Source: Spirochaetia bacterium (GTDB taxonomy: Bacteria > Spirochaetota > Spirochaetia > UBA9216). Taken from it: DNA of 64,000 nt. The DNA lies in contig CAXXYH010000004.1 of assembly GCA_963677925.2 (NCBI GenBank), positions 1,792,001 through 1,856,000 on the forward strand. Direction: 5' to 3'. The notes beneath the pieces are model-generated. The model was given only the letters and a program-made list of their open reading frames with translations. It had not been told where the DNA came from and made no database searches. Made by a program: the position numbers and the translations under genes. Shown here piece after piece: positions 32,183-40,918 of this stretch. The first letter of the stretch is position 1. Every line of letters begins with the position of its first letter.

Positions 32183-33512
32183 CGATAATAAATCTGTGAG
32201 AAAAATCATCCTTAGTACAGCACTAATTACTTTTTTTATTTTAATTCCATCGGTATCAATATTCGCATGGCCTGAAGATAAAGATTACGGCTTTCCTGAA
32301 AATTATGAAATTCGTATGCAGCTTCGTGAAATAATTACAGCACCTACCGGTGATGTGCTTAATTCCCGGGAAAAAAACTATCCGCAGCAGTCCGGACGTT
32401 CAAGGGTTAAGTATGATGTTAAAACCCAGAATGACAGTTTCTATATGCTTTTTATCAATGAGAAGGATTATTGTTATCCTGTATACAGCAGCGGGACTTA
32501 TATAATAAGACGTAACCTGGATGACGGAAAGTTTAGTCAGATTAAGGTCTTTCTGAAAAACGACAGTGAATGTTTTGTCCGGATTTACCCTGATAATGAT
32601 CGCGCTGTGCTTGAGCTTAATATTTACGGTAAACTGATTTATTCAGGAATCAACCTTCCATACAGTTTTTCCGATGTTTTAGTACTTCCATTTGCTGATA
32701 TTATTAAGTCTACTGCCGGGATTATTGACTGGGATCTTATCTTTCCAGATAGATACTCAATCTCCTCGGACAGTAAGATGATTCTGCTTGATGAAATCCG
32801 CAGGGAACTTCCAAAGCTCAGTGATGAAGATGACGGTGCTTTAGATGCGGATGGTGAATTCCGTTTTATTGAAAATCTGGAGATCATGGAAACTCCGGGC
32901 TTTAACTGTTCGGGTTTTGTAAAGTGGGTTGCAGACAGTATTTATGCGGGACTTACAGGAAAATATATGGGGATTCGAGAGCTGAAAGAAAAGTTTCTTG
33001 ATCTTCGCGGAAATAGATGGTCTGCGAGATATGAGAACGAACGTGATCCATATTTCGGTCTGGACTGGACAAGGAATATAGCAACAGAAATCCGATCGGT
33101 ATGGAAGCATGAGGAGTCCGGATATGAATCAGCTGATGTGACCAGTGTCCCCTGGGCTGATTATGTTGAAGATGTAGGATTTCCGATTGGGGAACTTAAA
33201 ACAATAATGTACTACCTTGCAGTTACTGAACCTTCAGCCCTATATCTTGCATCAGTTAATATTCCCTGGGGAGAAGGTCCGGTACTGAGACAGCATGTAC
33301 ATACCGCAGTTCTTCTGCCATCCATCAGAAACAGAGATGATTTTGATGATGTTATTTTAGAACGTAATTTTGAGAGCAATACCGAAAGTCTTGAAAAAAG
33401 GTATCCCGGTGCTTATGTTCACCTTGTAAGAATTGAAGTCCCTTCTGTTGTGAGACTGCCTCAGCTCGTTAATGAGGAAGGTCTGGGGGATCGCAACCTT
33501 TTCAGGCGTTAA
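32160..33512 (+). CDS. secreted hypothetical protein with NlpC/P60-like Cys-His motifs
   Basis: Signal peptide (possible GTG start 32196), GFNCSGFVKWV and QHVHTAVLL. Confidence 0.55.
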   Translation: MKNHPNPDDNKSVRKIILSTALITFFILIPSVSIFAWPEDKDYGFPENYEIRMQLREIITAPTGDVLNSREKNYPQQSGRSRVKYDVKTQNDSFYMLFINEKDYCYPVYSSGTYIIRRNLDDGKFSQIKVFLKNDSECFVRIYPDNDRAVLELNIYGKLIYSGINLPYSFSDVLVLPFADIIKSTAGIIDWDLIFPDRYSISSDSKMILLDEIRRELPKLSDEDDGALDADGEFRFIENLEIMETPGFNCSGFVKWVADSIYAGLTGKYMGIRELKEKFLDLRGNRWSARYENERDPYFGLDWTRNIATEIRSVWKHEESGYESADVTSVPWADYVEDVGFPIGELKTIMYYLAVTEPSALYLASVNIPWGEGPVLRQHVHTAVLLPSIRNRDDFDDVILERNFESNTESLEKRYPGAYVHLVRIEVPSVVRLPQLVNEEGLGDRNLFRR

Positions 33513-33531
33513 CGGAAAAAATCGAAAAATC

Positions 33532-33560
33532 TTGAAAATTGGAATGCAAAGGTATATCCT
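33532..33560 (+). promoter_or_regulatory. sigma70 promoter candidate for the TPR-barrel-exbBD-tonB operon
   Basis: TTGAAA(33532-37), 17 nt, TATCCT(33555-60). Confidence 0.5.
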
Positions 33561-33569
33561 ATCAAGGAT

Positions 33570-36440
33570 ATGAAAAGGATATTCTTATCTTTATTGATTT
33601 TTATAATTCCTCTGCTTCATGTCTCTGCGGATGCCCGCGAACTTTATCTGGAAGCAGAAGGCCGATTCCGGAGCGCAAATTATACAGCTGCTCTTAATCT
33701 ATACCAGCGGTTGATTGATGACTATCCCATCTCAACCTATGTTGCTGATGCTCAGTTCAGAAAGGCTATCTGCCTGTATCAGACAGGGAAGGGTAATGAG
33801 GCCCTTAGTCTGTTTGAAAAAGTCAGCAGCCGTTACCGCTCGACATCCTATATTGAACTTGTTCCCTTCTGGCAGGCCAGAGTGTATCTGGAGCAGCAGG
33901 ACTTTTCAAAGGCAGTAGTCTTTTTTGATGATTATATAAAAAGCGGCGATGACCGGCTGATATCAGATGCCTATCTTTACCGTGCTATGTGTTATGATAA
34001 TATGGGTAATACAGCTGATGCCGCCTTTTCTCTTGAACTGCTTTTGCAGCGGGAGGACTTTAACGATGACGGTTATATATCTGCTTTGCTTTGCAGTCTT
34101 TATCTGAAGCAGAGTAAGTATCAGACTATTATTGATTTTTTTGATGAGACATCTCCTGATAATTTTGATTCACAATGGCAGGGACGTCTGAGGCTTTATC
34201 GTGCCGAATCCTATTACATGCTTGGAGATATGGATAATGCCCAGAGACTGTATACCGAGCTTATTGGTGTTGAGGGTGCAGAACCTGCGTGGCAGCGTCT
34301 TTTTACAATCTACCGGAAAGCGGGCAGAAACGATGAACTTGTAAGTCTTCTAAATGAGGCTGAAAAGACTCTTAATGATAAGCCTCTTATTCTTCAGGAT
34401 TTCAGAATGAGAATAGGAATTGCGTCCTATAATGCCGGAGATATAAAAACAGCCCAGACCTACCTGCTGAAAGCATGGGATACTTCAGATCCTTCAGCTC
34501 TTAACGGCCTTGTCCCATTATACCTGTCCCGGATTCTTGAAGACGCCGCAAATACGGATCGAGCAATTGAAATTCTTGAAATCTTTTTAACATCTTCTGA
34601 TTCGCATAGAATGGAGATTCTTGTCAGGCTGGCCGGGCTTTATACCTCTGAAGAAGAATGGGGCAGAGCTGAAAGTCTTCTTGATGAATTTTTCCGCGAC
34701 TATTCTGAATCTGCACTTTTTTCTGATGCTGCATATCTGAAAGCCTTTATCTGCTACAAGACAAACCGGATTGAAAATGCGTCAGAGTATGTCTCCAGGG
34801 CTTATTCTGCTGATGAGAAGGGAGAACGGACTGCAGCGCTGCTGCGTCTTGACTCCACACTTCTGAAGAAAACTGGTAAATACAGCAGAGCTGCAGAAAC
34901 TCTTCAGCGTTATATAGATCTGCGTCCCGATGAACTTTCTGCAAGGCTTGATCTTTTGAGAATAAGGTTTCAGATGAAAGACTATAATACACTTCTCAAC
35001 GAAGCCGTTGAACTTAAATGGAATGACAGTGTCAGAAGCGGAAACGAATATGTCTATGTGCTTTCATCATATCTAAGCGGTCTTGCCGCTACGGCTGAAG
35101 GTGATTATCAGAGGGCTCTTAATGAATTGGCGTTGATCAGCCCTGTGAATTCAGAGTCTGCAGGTGTTCCTGAGATTTATACTTATTCAGAGTATTACCG
35201 CGGGTGGGCTCTGTACCGCCTTGCACGTTATCCTGAGGCTGTTAAAGCTTTCGATGAGCTGACAAGAGATTATCCTGATTCGGATTCTGCCGCTGATGCA
35301 GCCTACATCGCCGGCTGGAGTTCATATTTGATGGGAGATTATGATGCCTCCTCTGGTTTTTTTCTCCGCTATACTACTTTAAGCGGCGATAGTACAAAAG
35401 GCCGCTTTATGTACGCTAAGAATCTTGCCTCACTTGGGCGCTACCGTGAAGCAAGCACTATTTTTGCAGAGATAGCGAACTCTGATGGCGCGGGTATGCT
35501 TGCCGACGATGCTTTATTTGAGAAGGCTGCGCTGGCAGCGATAGGGAATGACACCGAACAGGCGGCAAAAGACTATCTGACCCTGTATCAGAAATACGGC
35601 GGACAGCTTGCGGAAGAGGGAATGTACCGCAGGGGCGAGATTTATTATGCCGCGGGCAGCTTTAAAAAGGCTGTTGATGCATTCTATGATTTTCGAAGAA
35701 GCTATCCTGAAAGCAGAATGATGGATGCTGCTCTTTATTGGGGAGGCATGTCATCCATGAAAAATGATGAATCTTTTGGTGCTGTTCTACTCTGGGAAAA
35801 GCTGATAAATGATTATACTGAATCGGGCTTCCGATCTTCAGCAATGATGAAAACAGCTGAAGTCTTTACCAGTTCAGGTGATTATTCTTCTGCTCTTGAT
35901 ATGTATGAAAGATGCAGGCTTGAATACCCGGGTACCGACAGAGCTTCGGAATCTTCAGCTATGTCTGAGAAGATCAGGTTTCTGCTGGACGGTCTTTCAG
36001 ATAGAGAGGCTGAACTTAATGTTATAATCACACGTGAAGGCGGTGCGGATACTGCCGAGGGCCGTGAAGCGATGATAGAGCTTGCCGCGCTTCATATTTC
36101 CAGGGGCGGCGGTGATATGAAACCTGTTATTTCGATGCTGAATCAGGTGAAAGAAATGAAGGCTGAAGATCCCGTTTCCGCAGCCCTGGCTAATTACTAC
36201 CTTGGTGATTATTACTTCAGACAGAACAGGCCTGCCGAGGCTGCTGCAGCCTTCACTGAGGCTGCCGGCACAAATCCGGAGGATCTTGACTTCTCTGCCC
36301 GATCTCTGTACAGGGCGGCGGAAGCTGCTCTTCTTGCCGGAAGCCGGAGCGACGCTCAGGCGCTTGTAAGGCAGCTTAAGCTTCATTACGAAGAATCGGA
36401 ATGGGCTGATGAAGCTGACAAGCTTCTTGGAGGCAACTAG
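33570..36440 (+). CDS. exported long tetratricopeptide-repeat protein
   Basis: Sec signal MKRIFLSLLIFIIPLLHVSA; repeated BamD/CpoB-type caps YPxSxxAxDAxY along the whole length. Confidence 0.88.
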   Translation: MKRIFLSLLIFIIPLLHVSADARELYLEAEGRFRSANYTAALNLYQRLIDDYPISTYVADAQFRKAICLYQTGKGNEALSLFEKVSSRYRSTSYIELVPFWQARVYLEQQDFSKAVVFFDDYIKSGDDRLISDAYLYRAMCYDNMGNTADAAFSLELLLQREDFNDDGYISALLCSLYLKQSKYQTIIDFFDETSPDNFDSQWQGRLRLYRAESYYMLGDMDNAQRLYTELIGVEGAEPAWQRLFTIYRKAGRNDELVSLLNEAEKTLNDKPLILQDFRMRIGIASYNAGDIKTAQTYLLKAWDTSDPSALNGLVPLYLSRILEDAANTDRAIEILEIFLTSSDSHRMEILVRLAGLYTSEEEWGRAESLLDEFFRDYSESALFSDAAYLKAFICYKTNRIENASEYVSRAYSADEKGERTAALLRLDSTLLKKTGKYSRAAETLQRYIDLRPDELSARLDLLRIRFQMKDYNTLLNEAVELKWNDSVRSGNEYVYVLSSYLSGLAATAEGDYQRALNELALISPVNSESAGVPEIYTYSEYYRGWALYRLARYPEAVKAFDELTRDYPDSDSAADAAYIAGWSSYLMGDYDASSGFFLRYTTLSGDSTKGRFMYAKNLASLGRYREASTIFAEIANSDGAGMLADDALFEKAALAAIGNDTEQAAKDYLTLYQKYGGQLAEEGMYRRGEIYYAAGSFKKAVDAFYDFRRSYPESRMMDAALYWGGMSSMKNDESFGAVLLWEKLINDYTESGFRSSAMMKTAEVFTSSGDYSSALDMYERCRLEYPGTDRASESSAMSEKIRFLLDGLSDREAELNVIITREGGADTAEGREAMIELAALHISRGGGDMKPVISMLNQVKEMKAEDPVSAALANYYLGDYYFRQNRPAEAAAAFTEAAGTNPEDLDFSARSLYRAAEAALLAGSRSDAQALVRQLKLHYEESEWADEADKLLGGN

Positions 36441-36441
36441 G

Positions 36442-38121
36442 ATGAACAACAGATTACTGAATTTATGTTTAATTATATTCTTTATTGCCGGTTCAGTTTA
36501 TTCCCAGGAGCGGGAAAGTGATTTTCAGTCAGGCCCTGCTGAACCTGAGAGTACAGATATTATTCTTCCACCCATGTATCTTGAAATAGAAGATCTCAGT
36601 GTAGAGAATATAAATGCGGTTATTCCGGATGAAGATGAAGTTTACTATTCATCACTTGATACGCCTCTACCGCAGCTTGATGATATTGAACTTCCGTATG
36701 AAGCATTTGCTGTAACAGGTTCTCCGGATTCTTTTTCAGGCGTCAAGCCTGCCGATTCTGAACCTGTTTCATTTTTCAGTGAGGGAATGATTGGTTTTGG
36801 TTCTGCTCTGGATGTTACAGGAGATATCACTCTTTATAAAATAGGAGATCAGCCTAATTTCATGCTTCGATATTTTCATGACGGTTATGACGGCACCTGG
36901 GGTCATTCTCCCGGACAGGGATATTCCTACCGTCAGGAACTTATTGAGGCGGAAATTGAATATGCCGAAGGTAAAACTGATCTGTATGGATATTTCCAGT
37001 ATACGGAAACTGAGACCGGGCTGCAGGGGAATGCAGATTATTACTCTATGACTCAGCGTATTCCGGAACTCAGCAGTACGGCGGAATATAGAATTATTGA
37101 CTGGTTCAGACTGGAAGGACGTCTGGATAGTTCTTATGCCGGTCTTTTTCTAAATGGAACCGATCCGCTTAATTACGGAGTGTATCTTATTGATCCTGCA
37201 GCAGGGCTCAGGGTCGGAAATAATTCAATATGGTCCGAGCTAGGGCTGGAGTATAATATTACCGGAACTTCAGAGTCCGGTATGTTATCGGGCGCGGCTC
37301 TTCCGGTTGTTCAGGATTTCAGCGTTACTCTGGATTTCGGTTCTGATTTCGGTGATGTCATAAGTATAAAAGGCGGCGTTGATTATCTGCTTCACGATTT
37401 TACCGACTCTTACTGGCCTTTTTATCTAAGTGTTGACGGGCTTGGCGGTGATTTTCTTGAGTACAGTGCAGGAGGCGGGTACAGGGCTGAGACTCTTAAT
37501 TACGCAGAGTTCAGCACGGAATATCCTTTCGCTTCAGGGCCGCTGAGTGACACCATGATCGGGGAACTGCCCATTACAACCGGCTGGTTTGCCGATGCCG
37601 GCTTACGCTGGAAATTGACCGAGAATCTGACTGCGGGCGCTTCTGCCGGTTTTGAGATGCTTAATAATGCTCCGTATCCCGGAACCAGCAGTATAGGCGG
37701 GTTTAATTCAATTACAACCGCCGATCTTACATTGCTTAATCTTGATCTGGAGATTAACTGGAGGATGTCTGATAATCTTCTTTTTGAATCCACCTGGGCT
37801 GCACAGCTTTTAAATGATATTGACCCCTACAGACCAAGACATATGATAACCGCGGGGGTTGATCTTGAAGATGACAATTCCGATAAGGGACTGTCATTCT
37901 CGGCAGGAGTTTCAATATATGATGAATCGCAAAGCTGGTATGAAACAAACTGGATGCCGAAGCTGTCTCTTGAAGGATATCTAAGGCTTACTGAAGGCGT
38001 TCTCCTGTCTGCAGGTTTTGATGATATCGCGGGAAATCTCTTTGACAGCACTAGACTTTCCTGGAATACATTTGAGGCAAAGGGTGCTTCGGCACTGATT
38101 AAATTAAAAATTTCACTATAA
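36442..38121 (+). CDS. putative outer-membrane beta-barrel protein (TonB-partner-like)
   Basis: Signal peptide, acidic/Pro N-terminal segment, then alternating aromatic/Gly amphipathic strands; ends ALIKLKISL; ATG 36442 one base after the TPR stop. Confidence 0.65.
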   Translation: MNNRLLNLCLIIFFIAGSVYSQERESDFQSGPAEPESTDIILPPMYLEIEDLSVENINAVIPDEDEVYYSSLDTPLPQLDDIELPYEAFAVTGSPDSFSGVKPADSEPVSFFSEGMIGFGSALDVTGDITLYKIGDQPNFMLRYFHDGYDGTWGHSPGQGYSYRQELIEAEIEYAEGKTDLYGYFQYTETETGLQGNADYYSMTQRIPELSSTAEYRIIDWFRLEGRLDSSYAGLFLNGTDPLNYGVYLIDPAAGLRVGNNSIWSELGLEYNITGTSESGMLSGAALPVVQDFSVTLDFGSDFGDVISIKGGVDYLLHDFTDSYWPFYLSVDGLGGDFLEYSAGGGYRAETLNYAEFSTEYPFASGPLSDTMIGELPITTGWFADAGLRWKLTENLTAGASAGFEMLNNAPYPGTSSIGGFNSITTADLTLLNLDLEINWRMSDNLLFESTWAAQLLNDIDPYRPRHMITAGVDLEDDNSDKGLSFSAGVSIYDESQSWYETNWMPKLSLEGYLRLTEGVLLSAGFDDIAGNLFDSTRLSWNTFEAKGASALIKLKISL

Positions 38122-38135
38122 TTTCTGGAGGAAAT

Positions 38136-38753
38136 ATGTTTGTTCTGATTGAAAAGGGCGGTCCGGTAATGATTGTTATTCTGATCCTTTCCGTAATTGC
38201 CGCTGTTATTATAATAGAAAGACTTCTGTTTTTCAGGAGGATTAAAAGTGATGAAGAAAAGGTTATAGCAAACCTCAGGGGGGCACTTGAACAGAATCAC
38301 TTCTATGAAGCTATAGCGATTTGTGAAAGCGATCCTTCCCCGGTTGCAAACCTGATGAAGGTCGGTATCGAACACAGGCATTATTCTCAGTCAGAGATTA
38401 AAGAGTCGATTATGGGTGCTGCCAATATGGAAGTTCCCAGGCTGGAGAAGTATCTCTCTGCCCTCGGAACCATAGCTCATATTGCGCCGCTGCTGGGGCT
38501 TCTGGGAACAGTTACCGGAAATATCAAGGCTTTCGGACTTCTCGGTTCTGTCGGAGCCCTTGGAGATTTTTCTATGCTCGCTTCTGGAATTTCCGAGGCA
38601 CTGTTTACAACGGCAGCAGGCCTCATTGTATCAATTCCTGCAACGGTTTTTTACAACCATCTGGTTAACCGGGTCAATAACATTATTCTCAGGATGGAAA
38701 ACAGTGTAAATGAACTGGTACTTCTGCTGAAAGGAAAAGATAATGCATTTTAG
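38136..38753 (+). CDS. exbB: MotA/TolQ/ExbB proton channel protein
   Basis: GGPVM, APLLGLLGTVTG, GISEALFTTAAGL. Confidence 0.9.
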   Translation: MFVLIEKGGPVMIVILILSVIAAVIIIERLLFFRRIKSDEEKVIANLRGALEQNHFYEAIAICESDPSPVANLMKVGIEHRHYSQSEIKESIMGAANMEVPRLEKYLSALGTIAHIAPLLGLLGTVTGNIKAFGLLGSVGALGDFSMLASGISEALFTTAAGLIVSIPATVFYNHLVNRVNNIILRMENSVNELVLLLKGKDNAF

Positions 38754-39159
38754 AAGACGTCTGAGTCCCTCAGTCAAGGCTGATCTTGTGCCTATGATTG
38801 ATGTGGTATTTCAGCTTGTAATCTTTTTTATGGTTTCAAGCACGTTTCTGCAGACGCCCGGAATCTCAATTAATCTGCCTGAGTCATCAACTGCCGAGTC
38901 GGTTACCATGACCAGAATGGTAGTTTCTGTCGTTTCAGAAAATGAAATATACCTCAACAAGGATGTTTATAATCTGACAGGATTGAGAACAGCCTTATCT
39001 GAAGTTACTGAAGAGCAGAAGAGTGAACTTAGTGCAGTTGTAATAGAGGGGGATGAAACCGTATCTTATGAACTGCTTGTAAATGTTCTTGATTCGCTAA
39101 GAATGTACGGTTTTAACGGAATTAATCTTAAGATGAGGACACCGCAGGAATCGCAGTAA
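38743..39159 (+). CDS. exbD: ExbD/TolR protein
   Basis: DLVPMIDVVFQLVIFFMV with the conserved Asp; INLPES; IEGDETVSY. Confidence 0.9.
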   Translation: MHFRRRLSPSVKADLVPMIDVVFQLVIFFMVSSTFLQTPGISINLPESSTAESVTMTRMVVSVVSENEIYLNKDVYNLTGLRTALSEVTEEQKSELSAVVIEGDETVSYELLVNVLDSLRMYGFNGINLKMRTPQESQ

Positions 39160-40175
39160 TGACAGTTGAAAATAAACGGATGCTTACAAGCGTAAGTGCT
39201 GCTCTGCTTATTCATACTGCAGCATTTATACTCATCGGTATGAATACCCTTGATTTTACTCCCCCCAGAGAATTCGGTCCGCTCGAGGTCAGCCTTGAGC
39301 CGCTTCCGGTCAAGGATAAGCCTGCAGAGCCCGAACAGAAAAATCTTGAGCAGACGGCCCCTCAGCAGAGTCCTTCCGAGGCAGAACAGGTAAATCAGGC
39401 AGAGGCTCTTCCCTCTGAAAAGACTGTAACTCCTGCGCCGAAGCCTGTTCCCGTCCAGAAAACATCCCCGGCCAGGAGTACGACTGAGTCAAGGACCTAT
39501 ACAGCCTCAAGTGCTGATGATGATGTTATTTCATCAATACAGTCGCGTACAAGCACTTCAGGGAATGTGGATTTAAGCAGAATTTGGGGCAGCGGTTCCG
39601 ACTCGGTTCCTGCAACAAGGGCAGACAGTAGTACCGCAGCAGCCGGAGGAGAGGGGAGCTATGTAGAGTATTCTGATATACCTGTTGAAGCACAGACAGC
39701 TCCTCAACCGGTAGAAGAGCAGCCTTCAGATACATCTGTCCTTGGTTCAGAGGTTCTTGCAAATCTTGATGAAAGACTGAATAGTCAGAATACGAATTCA
39801 TCCTCCAATTCTGAATCTGCATCCAGTTCGACCGGTGCTGCCGGCAGTTCATCGGCACTGATAAATGATGGTCCGGCACTTATTGTTTTTGATGATCCAT
39901 CAATACAGCGGAAGGTTATAGAACCAAGGGCTCAGCCGGAAATCCCCGAGGATATTAAAACTGCAGGTATCCCTAAGTATACCCTCCGAATCACATTCCT
40001 TGTTGATGGAGAAGGATATACAAGCAGTTTTCAGATACTTCAGCCCTCAGGCAACTCAAGATTGGATTCTGCTGTGCAGGCGGCTTTACGAAAATGGCAG
40101 TTTGAGCCGGCAAGGGGACAATCCTCTGAAGAAAAAGTTCGAGCTACTCTTACATATGTTATAGAAACCAAGTAG
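39159..40175 (+). CDS. tonB: TonB-family energy transducer
   Basis: TM with His (ALLIH), Pro/Ser-rich linker, C-terminal FLVDGEG...SGNSRLDSAVQAALRKWQFEPA. Confidence 0.85.
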   Translation: MTVENKRMLTSVSAALLIHTAAFILIGMNTLDFTPPREFGPLEVSLEPLPVKDKPAEPEQKNLEQTAPQQSPSEAEQVNQAEALPSEKTVTPAPKPVPVQKTSPARSTTESRTYTASSADDDVISSIQSRTSTSGNVDLSRIWGSGSDSVPATRADSSTAAAGGEGSYVEYSDIPVEAQTAPQPVEEQPSDTSVLGSEVLANLDERLNSQNTNSSSNSESASSSTGAAGSSSALINDGPALIVFDDPSIQRKVIEPRAQPEIPEDIKTAGIPKYTLRITFLVDGEGYTSSFQILQPSGNSRLDSAVQAALRKWQFEPARGQSSEEKVRATLTYVIETK

Positions 40176-40185
40176 AATAAGCCCC

Positions 40186-40848
40186 ATGGAAATTAAAGCA
40201 GTCGGATTCGACATAGACGGTACTCTGTATCGAAATATGATGATGTATATATGCAGTACCCCGTCATTTATCAAGCACCCCGTACTTGTCTCTCACTTCA
40301 GTAAGGCCCGAAAAGAAATCAGGAATATCAGACCGATTGATGATTTCCGGAAGGTTCAAACCTCCCTTATTTCGGCATCTATGGGGATTCCGGAGGCCCG
40401 TGTTGAAGCTATGGTTGAAAAGCGTCTCTACAGGGACTGGGAAGATACCTTTAAATGTATAAGACCTGTTAAGGGTGTTAGACAGACTCTTGAAAAAATA
40501 AAGGAGCTTGGCCTTGGTCTTGGAGCCCTTTCTGATTTTCCGGTTCAGAATAAGCTCAAATATCTTGGACTTGACGGTTACTGGGACTGTGAATTTACAT
40601 CTGAGGAAACCGGCTACCTGAAACCTCATCCCGAATCCTTTCTTCTTCTCTCCGAGAGGTTGGGTGTGAAACCGGAAGAAATCCTTTATGTCGGAAACTC
40701 ATACAGCAAGGATGTTGAAGGTGCGGCAGCTGTAGGGATGAAGACAGCGCATTTCAGTTTAAAAAAGAAAGATAATTCTATTGCTGATATAACTTTCGGG
40801 AGATACAGCGAACTATATCAATACCTGTGCCGGCTGGAAAAACGTTGA
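40186..40848 (+). CDS. HAD-family hydrolase
   Basis: FDIDGTL motif I, LSD, LKPHP, YVGNS...D. Confidence 0.9.
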   Translation: MEIKAVGFDIDGTLYRNMMMYICSTPSFIKHPVLVSHFSKARKEIRNIRPIDDFRKVQTSLISASMGIPEARVEAMVEKRLYRDWEDTFKCIRPVKGVRQTLEKIKELGLGLGALSDFPVQNKLKYLGLDGYWDCEFTSEETGYLKPHPESFLLLSERLGVKPEEILYVGNSYSKDVEGAAAVGMKTAHFSLKKKDNSIADITFGRYSELYQYLCRLEKR

Positions 40849-40918
40849 CAAGTATGCTAAACTGGTAGAAGATGTAAAACAGAGAAATATAGCAAAAAAC
40901 TGGGAATTTGGGGGGGCT

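Noticed and set aside
38136-40175. Calling the motor TolQRA or flagellar MotAB
   Set aside because: No tolB or pal adjacent, no OmpA-like peptidoglycan-binding domain in the ExbD-like protein, and the third gene has a TonB-type C-domain; a Tol-like role is not fully excluded
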